The notes beneath the pieces are model-generated. The model was not told the DNA's origin, searched no databases, and was given only the letters and a program-made list of their open reading frames with translations. Shown in pieces: positions 45,386-52,875 of a DNA stretch of 58,842 nt. Position 1 is the stretch's first letter, and the number at the start of each line of letters is the position of its first letter. This DNA is from an uncultured virus (IMG/VR IMGVR_UViG_3300044701_002726) (lineage: Duplodnaviria > Heunggongvirae > Uroviricota > Caudoviricetes), in the IMG/VR virus record IMGVR_UViG_3300044701_002726. One strand, 5' to 3'. The position numbers were made by a program, and so were the translations under genes.

Positions 45386-45459
45386 ATATGGAAACACATT
45401 GCCAAGTAGAGCCATGGTATCTTGTGCGGGAGCAACCCCTACAATGTGCTTTCATATGG
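45384..45459. repeat. Hairpin cassette copy 5
   Basis: CCATATGGAAACACATTG...CAATGTGCTTTCATATGG. Confidence 0.75.
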
Positions 45460-45551
45460 TCCTTGGACTAGGATTCGAACCTAGATCATCCCCTCATCTA
45501 GAGGCATCGCCGAGGTATAAGCTCGGAGTTTTACCATTAAACTATCCAAGG
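45457..45551 (-). tRNA. Atypical tRNA with TAT anticodon (Ile-UAU) and 25-nt variable arm
   Basis: CCGAG-CTTATAC-CTCGG; variable hairpin CCTC-TAGAT-GAGG; canonical T-arm; CCA. Confidence 0.8.
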
Positions 45552-45553
45552 AT

Positions 45554-45631
45554 TGGTGGGGGATACTGGATTCGAACCAGTGAATGTCGGATTCAAAATC
45601 CGATGCCTTAGACCAGCTTGGCTAATCCCCT
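45554..45631 (-). tRNA. tRNA-Gln(TTG)
   Basis: TCGGA-TTTTGAA-TCCGA; CCA. Confidence 0.92.
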
Positions 45632-45646
45632 AATAAACAACACAAA

Positions 45647-45659
45647 TTTTTAAAGAGCG
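45647..45659 (-). promoter_or_regulatory. rrn-type boxA antitermination element
   Basis: CGCTCTTTAAAAA right after the attenuator; shares 21 nt with the 45027 copy. Confidence 0.75.
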
Positions 45660-45660
45660 G

Positions 45661-45698
45661 AAAACAAAAACCCCCGAATTTTTTAGGTTCGGGGGTTT
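45661..45698 (-). terminator. Attenuator terminator upstream of the tRNA array
   Basis: AAACCCCCGAA-N9-TTCGGGGGTTT then TTGTTTT. Confidence 0.88.
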
Positions 45699-45723
45699 GT
45701 GTGAAAAACGATTAAAACTATTT

Positions 45724-45840
45724 TTACGCAAACCCCCCAATATCACTAAAATTGCAATTTGGTGAGCGATACTCAGCCTGCCATGTGCCTGTTGCACTGG
45801 CCTTGAGAGTAATTGTAGTGAAATGTAAGGAAGTTTTCAT
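45724..45840 (-). CDS. Putative attenuator leader peptide, 38 aa (MKTSLHFTTITLKASATGTWQAEYRSPNCNFSDIGGFA)
   Basis: Starts ~10 nt below the -10 box; last codons form the 5' arm of an antiterminator. Confidence 0.7.
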   Translation of the reverse strand: MKTSLHFTTITLKASATGTWQAEYRSPNCNFSDIGGFA

Positions 45841-45849
45841 AGTTTTATA

Positions 45850-45878
45850 AGTGTATCAGTGTATTTAGTAAAAGTCAA
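45850..45878 (-). promoter_or_regulatory. tRNA operon promoter TTGACT-N17-TACACT with embedded late ACTAAATA (45862-45869)
   Basis: Motifs read directly. Confidence 0.75.
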
Positions 45879-45907
45879 GCGTCTTTTTTCATGTTTGCCA
45901 AAAATAA

Positions 45908-46393
45908 TTACGGTTGAATAGGCCAATTCACTATCTTTGGGAATTCCGATTGTTGAGGTATTTCTCTTAAAAATTTTCGGTATTCAATCCATTGTTGTTT
46001 AATGGCATCTGGAATAGGAGAATCCGGCATAACAGTCCAATCTGATTTTGCCAATAATTCGTCTCTCTTCTTCCTCACTTCACTTGATTTATAATCGAGC
46101 ATTTCTTGTCTACTCTCTGGAGATCGTTGAGTGGGAACATGATTCTTATACCATTTGCCATCATCACCTTTAGTTGGAACACCCTCACTATATTCGTATT
46201 CAATCCAATCATATTCTATTTGTAAATGATGAACTAAAACATATCCACTAGGCAAAGGTTTAGTTTCATCATAAAATTTATCTAAATTTTCATCTACTTT
46301 AGCTATCTCTGGGTACTCTTTAATCAAGACTCCTTCAGGTACTGGATACTCCAATACATTATCATTAGAATCTATTTTAGCAAAAAATCTCAT
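45908..46393 (-). CDS. Tail fibre assembly chaperone-like protein
   Basis: VRKKRDELLAKSDWTVMPDSP...WIEYRKFLREIPQQSEFP..VNWP.QP. Confidence 0.8.
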   Translation of the reverse strand: MRFFAKIDSNDNVLEYPVPEGVLIKEYPEIAKVDENLDKFYDETKPLPSGYVLVHHLQIEYDWIEYEYSEGVPTKGDDGKWYKNHVPTQRSPESRQEMLDYKSSEVRKKRDELLAKSDWTVMPDSPIPDAIKQQWIEYRKFLREIPQQSEFPKIVNWPIQP

Positions 46394-46402
46394 ATACTTT
46401 CC

Positions 46403-46867
46403 TTATTGATCTTCTGAAGTTATTTGAACTATATCCAACAAATTTAATGGAACCCAAGCAGAATCTCCATTCTCATTTTGAATCTCTTTAGCAACTCTTG
46501 GTTGCATAGTTTCCAAAGTTTGTTTGACAACATCAACTATACTTTGACGCATTTCACTTTCAGTTTCATATGTAGTATACATTCCAGTAATAGGATTAAA
46601 AACTTGATATTTTTCTAACATCGTTACTTGCTCTCCATTGTAATAAACATACTCTTTACTTTTTTTAAGTTTATCAAACCATTCTAACCACCCAGTTGTA
46701 CTTTGTGGATTAGCTTCTATATATTCTAATAAAACATTTCTACCATAATCCCAATCTATGTACGGACTATATTCAAAATCAAGTTGGAATGTATTTTTAG
46801 TCCATTCATAAGCTTCATCACAAACTCCATTATCTTTTAAGAATTCTAAAGAAAGTCTCTGTATCAT
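46403..46867 (-). CDS. Hypothetical tail-fibre-associated protein
   Basis: Between fibre and chaperone, translationally coupled. Confidence 0.6.
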   Translation of the reverse strand: MIQRLSLEFLKDNGVCDEAYEWTKNTFQLDFEYSPYIDWDYGRNVLLEYIEANPQSTTGWLEWFDKLKKSKEYVYYNGEQVTMLEKYQVFNPITGMYTTYETESEMRQSIVDVVKQTLETMQPRVAKEIQNENGDSAWVPLNLLDIVQITSEDQ

Positions 46868-49764
46868 ACTACTGCTCCAAAAACACGATTAGTTGGGAAA
46901 CCCCCAATCCAAGTTACTGTAACGCCGTTAATTGTTTGTATAGATGGCCCACCAGAACTTGCTGGTGTTTCACTGTTGTTAAAAGAGATTCCCCCACCAG
47001 CAGCACCAAATCCACCACCTCCAGCACCACCGTGTGGATAAACATTTTTGTATACCAAAGGACTACCTCCAGCTACACCAGCAGAACCTCCGGCTCCACT
47101 TGATTTGGGAGTTACATTAAAAGCTAAAGAACAAGCACCAGATCCTCCACCTGTTCCACCAATACCACCACCTTGTTGGTTAGTTACTGCTGGAGCTCCA
47201 ACTCCAGGAAATACTCTACCGCCACCGCCACCTCCAAATATATTGAAATCTGGACCAGAAACGGCAGTTCCGTTTGCACCAGAATTACCAATTGATCCAC
47301 CAGCACCACCTTGTGCAAAATTGCCAGAAAAATAACCAACTCCGCCAATACCACCACCTTGACCACCGCCTCCACCAACGGTATAGCCATTTACGTCGTT
47401 TATATATGATGCACCTCCTCCACCACCGCCTCCAATATATCCATTTGAACTATTAATGTTTAATTCAACTGATGTTAGTATTGCTGGCCCACCATTTTGA
47501 CCAGCAACATTCTGAAGACTAGGAACAGCATTTCCAGCATTTCCAGCATTACCTCCTCTACCCATTATATACCCATAGTTTTCTATCACTAATCCGTTTG
47601 GAAAATTACCATCAATAGTTAGTGCTGGAACAGAGGTGTTATCACTCCAAATGTAAACACCAGAATTGACTGTCACATATACAGGGTTAACTCCATTCCA
47701 ACCTTGTGCCAACAACCAATTTCTCAAATTCAATTCTTGTTGATTTGTAGTTATAGTATAGTATTCTGTTGTAGATGAAGAGGGAGCCGTAGCATATGTC
47801 GTATTTGGGTATGATGATGTTTTAGTAATTGGATTACCCTGTGAAGTAGCCCATCCCAACCAATTGGATGGTGTACTTACAGTAAAGTCTGATTTGACAT
47901 CATAAATGTTGTGGTAATCTCTCATTATATAATATGGATTATATAAAATAAGTCCATTATCATACATATATTTGGAAATTGTCTTATATGTCACATTACC
48001 ATAAATTTGATCTCCATACCTTGGTTGAGGATCAGGCGATCTTGGAGGATCTCCAACTTTTTGGTACCAGACATTCGTCAAATAATAATTGATCTCTGAA
48101 AATACTGGCATAATTGTCAACATCAAATCATTTTTAGTTGAAGTTTTACTTCTAGAAGTCGCAGCTAATCCAATTCTTTTTTTATTAGTCTTCTGTTGAA
48201 ATACAGAAGAATAGTTATATAAATCCAAAAACATATTAGTTTCAGTATAGGTATTATCTCTTATATACCAAGTAGCACGACCAGAACCTTCTTCCGTGTT
48301 AGTATTTGTAGTACTGGTAGTTGCAACAATTATTCTTCCGCCAGTAAGAGACAAAGTAGTATTTTCAGGTTCTAATAATTGTGTGCTGAAATTTATAACT
48401 GTTCCAGTATCAGAAGGATTTCTATTTCTTGTGGTTGGAAATACAATTGGACTATCTTCATCAATAACAAAAGAAGCTATTGGTCGAATCTCAGAATTCC
48501 AAGTATCTGGGTCAGGATTATACCATACAACAGAACTTTGAGCATATCCTTTTGGACTAGAAGAAGGCCATCCAGAACTTATCTCAAAAGGATCTGGATT
48601 CTGAGTAGGAAGAGTAAATTCTCCAGTTCCATCCATTTCAAATCTTACATTCCATATTCTATTATTGTGATATTTGTTAGATACTCCATTAGCAGTATTT
48701 CTTTTTAAAGCAAGACCATATACACCCCCACCAGAATCAGAATCAGTCAAAACACATTCATAATAGTCAGCAGAATAGTCATCCGTTGGATAAGTTCCAT
48801 TCTGATATTCCCAACCATATTTTACAAGAGCACCATTTGTAGCATTAAAACCTAGAAGTAGAAATGCTCCTTTATTCAATACCCCAGTTGCATTAGGATA
48901 ATCATTTGCTACTACTGCTATATACAAACGATTTCTAGCTCCATCATGCATAAAACTACTTATTTTCATATACTTAAGTGAAGTAAATCCCGCTTGAGGT
49001 GAATCAGGTGGAACCCCAAATCTAATGGCCCAATTTATAGATGAAGAATCTGAAATACTACTTATTGGACCATTAAACTTCATTAAAATAAGGTCACTTG
49101 CAATATTTCTATTTCTAGCGACCATATAAACATCATCATTATTTTTATCTTTAGCCCAATGTGCATCAATTAAATTGAAATTTGAAGATGTAACGCTTCT
49201 ATGTTTTACAGTAAGAAGACTTTTATCATATTCTAAAATGTATGCTCTAGAACGATCACTTGCATTTGCTGGTTCGTCAAATCCACCAACGGCAAAATTA
49301 CCAGTCGAAGTACTAAAGGAAGTAGTGTGCGTAGGTTTAGTAGTAGTGATAGCTCCAATTTTAAAAGCCCACAATTCTGTACCATCACGTTCGAAAACAG
49401 CAGTTGGCATTACCCAAGTCTGTAATGATGTATCATAATTTGTACTAGAAAAGAAAAACAATCCATCGTTATTAATAGAACCAACTGGGGTATCTAAAGA
49501 TGATGAAGAAGACCATTTTTTTGTAAAAATACCAACTAAATCAACTTTTGCTAAATCTAAAGCTGAAATTGAACCACTAGAAGGTACATTGCCCCTAAAT
49601 CCACTCACACCTGTAGGGACATAGGGGCCTCCTGAATAGTACTCAGTTAAACCTATTGGATTTGCACCACCAAATTCAATTTGTATGTCTGTAAAATTGA
49701 TATTTGTGTTGGCAATTCCTATTCCAGTGGCTCTGTTTGGTATTCTGAAATCTTGTGTTGACAT
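46864..49764 (-). CDS. Tail fibre/receptor-binding protein with glycine-rich C-terminus
   Basis: IQIEFGGANPIGLTEYY...VPSSGSIS N-terminal motif; gp38-like Gly-rich tail; late ACTAAATA at 49794-49801. Confidence 0.75.
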   Translation of the reverse strand: MSTQDFRIPNRATGIGIANTNINFTDIQIEFGGANPIGLTEYYSGGPYVPTGVSGFRGNVPSSGSISALDLAKVDLVGIFTKKWSSSSSLDTPVGSINNDGLFFFSSTNYDTSLQTWVMPTAVFERDGTELWAFKIGAITTTKPTHTTSFSTSTGNFAVGGFDEPANASDRSRAYILEYDKSLLTVKHRSVTSSNFNLIDAHWAKDKNNDDVYMVARNRNIASDLILMKFNGPISSISDSSSINWAIRFGVPPDSPQAGFTSLKYMKISSFMHDGARNRLYIAVVANDYPNATGVLNKGAFLLLGFNATNGALVKYGWEYQNGTYPTDDYSADYYECVLTDSDSGGGVYGLALKRNTANGVSNKYHNNRIWNVRFEMDGTGEFTLPTQNPDPFEISSGWPSSSPKGYAQSSVVWYNPDPDTWNSEIRPIASFVIDEDSPIVFPTTRNRNPSDTGTVINFSTQLLEPENTTLSLTGGRIIVATTSTTNTNTEEGSGRATWYIRDNTYTETNMFLDLYNYSSVFQQKTNKKRIGLAATSRSKTSTKNDLMLTIMPVFSEINYYLTNVWYQKVGDPPRSPDPQPRYGDQIYGNVTYKTISKYMYDNGLILYNPYYIMRDYHNIYDVKSDFTVSTPSNWLGWATSQGNPITKTSSYPNTTYATAPSSSTTEYYTITTNQQELNLRNWLLAQGWNGVNPVYVTVNSGVYIWSDNTSVPALTIDGNFPNGLVIENYGYIMGRGGNAGNAGNAVPSLQNVAGQNGGPAILTSVELNINSSNGYIGGGGGGGASYINDVNGYTVGGGGGQGGGIGGVGYFSGNFAQGGAGGSIGNSGANGTAVSGPDFNIFGGGGGGRVFPGVGAPAVTNQQGGGIGGTGGGSGACSLAFNVTPKSSGAGGSAGVAGGSPLVYKNVYPHGGAGGGGFGAAGGGISFNNSETPASSGGPSIQTINGVTVTWIGGFPTNRVFGAVV

Positions 49765-49801
49765 GCTAAGTTAAAAATCTCCCATTTTGACTCTATTTAG
49801 T

Positions 49802-50092
49802 CTATTCTCCTAGATAAAATTTAAATCCAGTCATTGAGTCCCAACGAAACGACCGCCATTCTTGTTTTTCGAGATCAAAAACCGGCTGAGCATCATCGGA
49901 TTTTGCTTTTCCTGTGTTTTTTGGCATTTTTTCTTCAGGAATTTTTGATTCTGCAAGAGTACAAGTCATTTTTCGTTCGGATCCATCTTTTTTGACAAAA
50001 GAAATCGTCACTGGACCGTCTTTGAGCAGTCCAATGAACCATTTTTTATCTTTTTTAGTCTCAAACGGCAAAAAATTCAAATCTTTTTCCAT
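49802..50092 (-). CDS. Sm-like/WYL_2 (SH3 beta-barrel) protein
   Basis: VTISFVKKDGSERKMTCTL...VFDLEKQEWRSFRWD. Confidence 0.75.
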   Translation of the reverse strand: MEKDLNFLPFETKKDKKWFIGLLKDGPVTISFVKKDGSERKMTCTLAESKIPEEKMPKNTGKAKSDDAQPVFDLEKQEWRSFRWDSMTGFKFYLGE

Positions 50093-50099
50093 TTTTTCC

Positions 50100-50480
50100 T
50101 CATTTTGAATCGGCTATCGCCTTTAAATTGTCAATTAGTCTTACAGCATGCAATTTTGTCAATGCACGCTCCAGATATTCATCAAACCATTCTTGTGATT
50201 TTTCAGTTTTTCGTAAAATACAACCGTAAATATTCGATCCAACCAATCCTTTGATGTAAACCGATGGGTCTGCGAAGATTGCTTCGAATGTTTCATCAAA
50301 TTTTGGATTACCTAGATTGTCCTTGCTAAAAAAAGCCACATGGTACATGTCTCCGACGGACGAAGACCCCACTGGCTTTCCTTTGAACGACTCTTCTTTG
50401 AATTTAAAATATGATAAATTCAATTCGTCATCATCATCTCCTGGTAGAAAATAAAAACCATCGTAGTCTTCTTTAGCCAT
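50100..50480 (-). CDS. Hypothetical protein
   Basis: 126-aa ORF in operon. Confidence 0.6.
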   Translation of the reverse strand: MAKEDYDGFYFLPGDDDDELNLSYFKFKEESFKGKPVGSSSVGDMYHVAFFSKDNLGNPKFDETFEAIFADPSVYIKGLVGSNIYGCILRKTEKSQEWFDEYLERALTKLHAVRLIDNLKAIADSK

Positions 50481-50619
50481 AAGACATTTCCTTTTCTAAT
50501 TGTTTTTTATTTTTCTTGCGATCATAACGAACAGCACTTACTGCTACTCGCATACGATATTTAGGTGAGCGCAAATCTTTGGCTACGAGATTACGAGGTT
50601 TGGTATTTTTGATTCTCAT
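50473..50619 (-). CDS. Small basic protein resembling ArfA (48 aa)
   Basis: MRIKNTKPRNLVAKDLRSPKYRMRVAVSAVRYDRKKNKKQLEKEMSYG; overlaps both neighbours. Confidence 0.55.
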   Translation of the reverse strand: MRIKNTKPRNLVAKDLRSPKYRMRVAVSAVRYDRKKNKKQLEKEMSYG

Positions 50620-50753
50620 TTTATGTACATGTATGCTGCAAAAAGAAATATTGATAGAATTATAAGTTTATAGGTAACAAAAGTAATAAACGCCATGAGA
50701 GCCGCAAATGGAACCCACAAAGGCGCTGTGATTAAAAGAAGAAATGTTTTCAT
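50616..50753 (-). CDS. Small membrane protein (45 aa)
   Basis: MKTFLLLITAPLWVPFAALMAF... Confidence 0.5.
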   Translation of the reverse strand: MKTFLLLITAPLWVPFAALMAFITFVTYKLIILSIFLFAAYMYIK

Positions 50754-50755
50754 GA

Positions 50756-51013
50756 TTATAACCGAACGATAATACCGACAAAGTAAATAAAGAGAAGACC
50801 ACTATTTACAGCAATCATCGCTTTGTCTTTAATCATAAAACCCCAGATTAAAAACAGAAACGACCCAAGATTTAATAATATAATATTTAATGGGTCAAGT
50901 GATAATGTCGTACACGCTGCACCTGATATTGTAATAAAAGTGGCAACCCATTTAATTAATGTAACATTATCAATCGCATAAATCTTCGAAAACATATTCA
51001 TATCCTTTTTCAT
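50756..51013 (-). CDS. Three-TM hypothetical membrane protein
   Basis: KWVATFITISGA...PLNIILLNLGS..FLIWG...DKAMI; start revised to lie downstream of the promoter. Confidence 0.65.
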   Translation of the reverse strand: MKKDMNMFSKIYAIDNVTLIKWVATFITISGAACTTLSLDPLNIILLNLGSFLFLIWGFMIKDKAMIAVNSGLLFIYFVGIIVRL

Positions 51014-51021
51014 TATGTCCC

Positions 51022-51100
51022 ATTGTAACATAGAAAAAGGCATCTGTCAACCCCGTTGTTGCACAAAAACAACACACTAAGTTAGTGAGTACTTACTTAC
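51022..51100 (-). promoter_or_regulatory. Early promoter TTGACA-N17-TACAAT with TGTTG-N8-CAACA (51057-51074) and 20-bp palindrome (51081-51100)
   Basis: Same architecture as 23847-23924. Confidence 0.82.
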
Positions 51101-51323
51101 TTTTAATTCTCTCGATTATCTCTTTGGCTTCTGTATAATTCGGATCCGCAATTAAATACGATTCCAGATATTCCTGCTGTAATATGCGAATCAATGACTC
51201 CGCAATCAGTTGTTCCATCGGGCTCAGTTCCATATACCAAGAAAGAAACTGAGCTTCATCCTGACATGCCCAGATCGTATTGAGCATCCACATCTGACGC
51301 TTATTCAGACCATCGATTCTCAT
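51093..51323 (-). CDS. Hypothetical protein
   Basis: MRIDGLNKRQ...; ATGA coupling to upstream gene. Confidence 0.6.
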   Translation of the reverse strand: MRIDGLNKRQMWMLNTIWACQDEAQFLSWYMELSPMEQLIAESLIRILQQEYLESYLIADPNYTEAKEIIERIKSK

Positions 51324-51655
51324 TCCCATGTTCGATGCCTCTCGGCTACCCATTCACGACCATCGTTCTCACAGATCATCCAGTTTACATCATCGGGGAT
51401 CTCTACGATTTTCAGTTCAGAGTACTTGCCGTTTGCCGCCGTCCCAAGCGCTTCCACTACCTTTACCAGATTCTCGTCATCCCGAGGAATATCATAATCC
51501 GAGAAATATTCTTCCATTTTCGCATCACGATAGAACATGGTAAACGAACTTTCTACTTGTTCGTAGAGCTTAAACCCTACAAGGTCTGCGTACATACGAA
51601 TGGCTTCATCAGACAGACCAAAACCACCATAATCACTATTGATAACGATCTTCAT
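51320..51655 (-). CDS. Conserved hypothetical phage protein
   Basis: IVINSDYGGFGLS...RDDENLVKVVEALG...LKIVEIPDDVNW.I.E.DG.EWVAE.HRTW. Confidence 0.75.
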   Translation of the reverse strand: MKIVINSDYGGFGLSDEAIRMYADLVGFKLYEQVESSFTMFYRDAKMEEYFSDYDIPRDDENLVKVVEALGTAANGKYSELKIVEIPDDVNWMICENDGREWVAERHRTWE

Positions 51656-52044
51656 TTTTATCCTTTCGATAATCGTTAAATCTTAGAAACAAAGAAAGAA
51701 TCGTATTCAGAGCCATAAAGACCCCGAATACGATTAGAAAGCACTCAATCATAATACCTCGTGCCACACAGAATTATATCTAAGTATATCTGAACAGTTC
51801 TTGGGTAACAGACATTCACACCAAAGTGAACCGTGTGCAATTACCTGTACATCCACCAGAGTTCGCAATTTAAACAAGTCTTTTCTATATATCAGGGCTC
51901 TCATCGCTCACACTCATACCAAGCTATACGCACAGAACGCTATGATTGCTAGTGAAATTGAACAGAGAATTGCACAGACAACATAGACCTTTGTAGTATT
52001 AGGGAATATTGTTTCCCATTCGACATTTCCAATATTCATATTCT

Positions 52045-52224
52045 TTACTTTACCATGACATTGATTAATCCAGAGAGTTCACAAGCCATATTCTGAATCT
52101 TTTCTTTTTGTTCATCATAGAATTTCTGGTTACGAGCAAACTCAGCTTTTTCAACCTCAAACTTCTTGAGATTCTTTAGAACAATCAGCATTGCATCTTG
52201 CATTTCTTTTTTAGTCTTACTCAT
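52045..52224 (-). CDS. Hypothetical protein (59 aa)
   Basis: MSKTKKEMQDAML...; AGGAG RBS. Confidence 0.55.
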   Translation of the reverse strand: MSKTKKEMQDAMLIVLKNLKKFEVEKAEFARNQKFYDEQKEKIQNMACELSGLINVMVK

Positions 52225-52225
52225 A

Positions 52226-52408
52226 TTACTTTTCTCCTATAATCATTTCACAAGTATCTTCACCATACATGTAAAGAAGGGTTAATTCTACACTCTTCCG
52301 TACATTGTAAGATTCACGAAAAGTACTAAAGGTTTCAGAGAACCATTTTGTATCACCTTTCATAGTAGCGTAATCTTCAGCTACTGTTAATAATTCTTTG
52401 GGTTTCAT
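52226..52408 (-). CDS. Hypothetical protein
   Basis: Start revised to MKPKELL after AAGGA; downstream of the promoter overlapped by a repeat copy. Confidence 0.6.
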   Translation of the reverse strand: MKPKELLTVAEDYATMKGDTKWFSETFSTFRESYNVRKSVELTLLYMYGEDTCEMIIGEK

Positions 52409-52441
52409 TATAGATTCCTTTTCTTCATAGGGCACACAGAC

Positions 52442-52470
52442 ATTATATGAGACTCTAGGGGATTTGTCAA
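52442..52470 (-). promoter_or_regulatory. Early promoter TTGACA-N17-TATAAT containing one 11-mer repeat
   Basis: Perfect consensus. Confidence 0.82.
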
Positions 52471-52658
52471 GCAGGAAAAACGGCAAAGATGAGACTCTAC
52501 CGAGAAAATATGAGACTCTATTCGAATATTTTTTATGAGACTCTAGGGATGAGACTCTAAAAGGGAAATATGAGACTCTAGGGGGATTATTTTGGGACCC
52601 ATAGAAAAGACGATGAGACTCTAATGAGACTCTAAGATACAGTGGGTATGAGACTCTA
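52447..52658 (+). repeat. Nine direct copies of ATGAGACTCTA (iteron-like; candidate replication origin)
   Basis: Starts 52447, 52489, 52510, 52535, 52549, 52570, 52613, 52624, 52648 in non-coding DNA. Confidence 0.9.
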
Positions 52659-52695
52659 AAACCAATACTACAGCCCCCACCCCCCCTACTCTACT

Positions 52696-52875
52696 TTAGC
52701 CGATAACCGCAGTAGACTCGGAGACGGTGTTAAACTTCGCCTCGGAGATTAGGGTATATTTTACATCCAAAACCCAGGCCAGAGGTACGCCAACCTGTTC
52801 TGCTATTTTCTCTACGGGCATTTCGTCCATGAGCAATTCTTCGATTTCAATATAAATTTCAGACATCCGAGCCAT
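52696..52875 (-). CDS. Small HTH-like hypothetical protein (59 aa)
   Basis: MARMSEIYIEIEELL...EKIAEQVGVPLAWV; AGGAGG RBS. Confidence 0.6.
   Translation of the reverse strand: MARMSEIYIEIEELLMDEMPVEKIAEQVGVPLAWVLDVKYTLISEAKFNTVSESTAVIG

Noticed and set aside
44208..45459. CRISPR or IS reading of the CCATATTGAAGCACAC repeats
   Set aside because: Repeats occur as inverted pairs between RNA genes; no transposase, clear target-site duplication or regular spacers
41890..45611. ORF-track entries over the tRNA array (41890-42156, 43072-43455, 43103-43351, 43497-43757, 44030-44221, 44726-44947, 45333-45611)
   Set aside because: They overlap clear tRNA/ncRNA genes and lack RBS or protein motifs
1464..49438. 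Many short opposite-strand or nested ORFs (e.g. 1464, 4162, 12479, 21916, 30072, 47048)
   Set aside because: Lie within well-supported genes and lack independent signals
46864..49764. Diversity-generating retroelement acting on the tail fibre
   Set aside because: No reverse transcriptase or template/variable repeat pair seen in the window
52447..52658. CRISPR array reading of the ATGAGACTCTA repeats
   Set aside because: Repeat is only 11 nt, gaps are irregular (0-32 nt), and there is no cas operon
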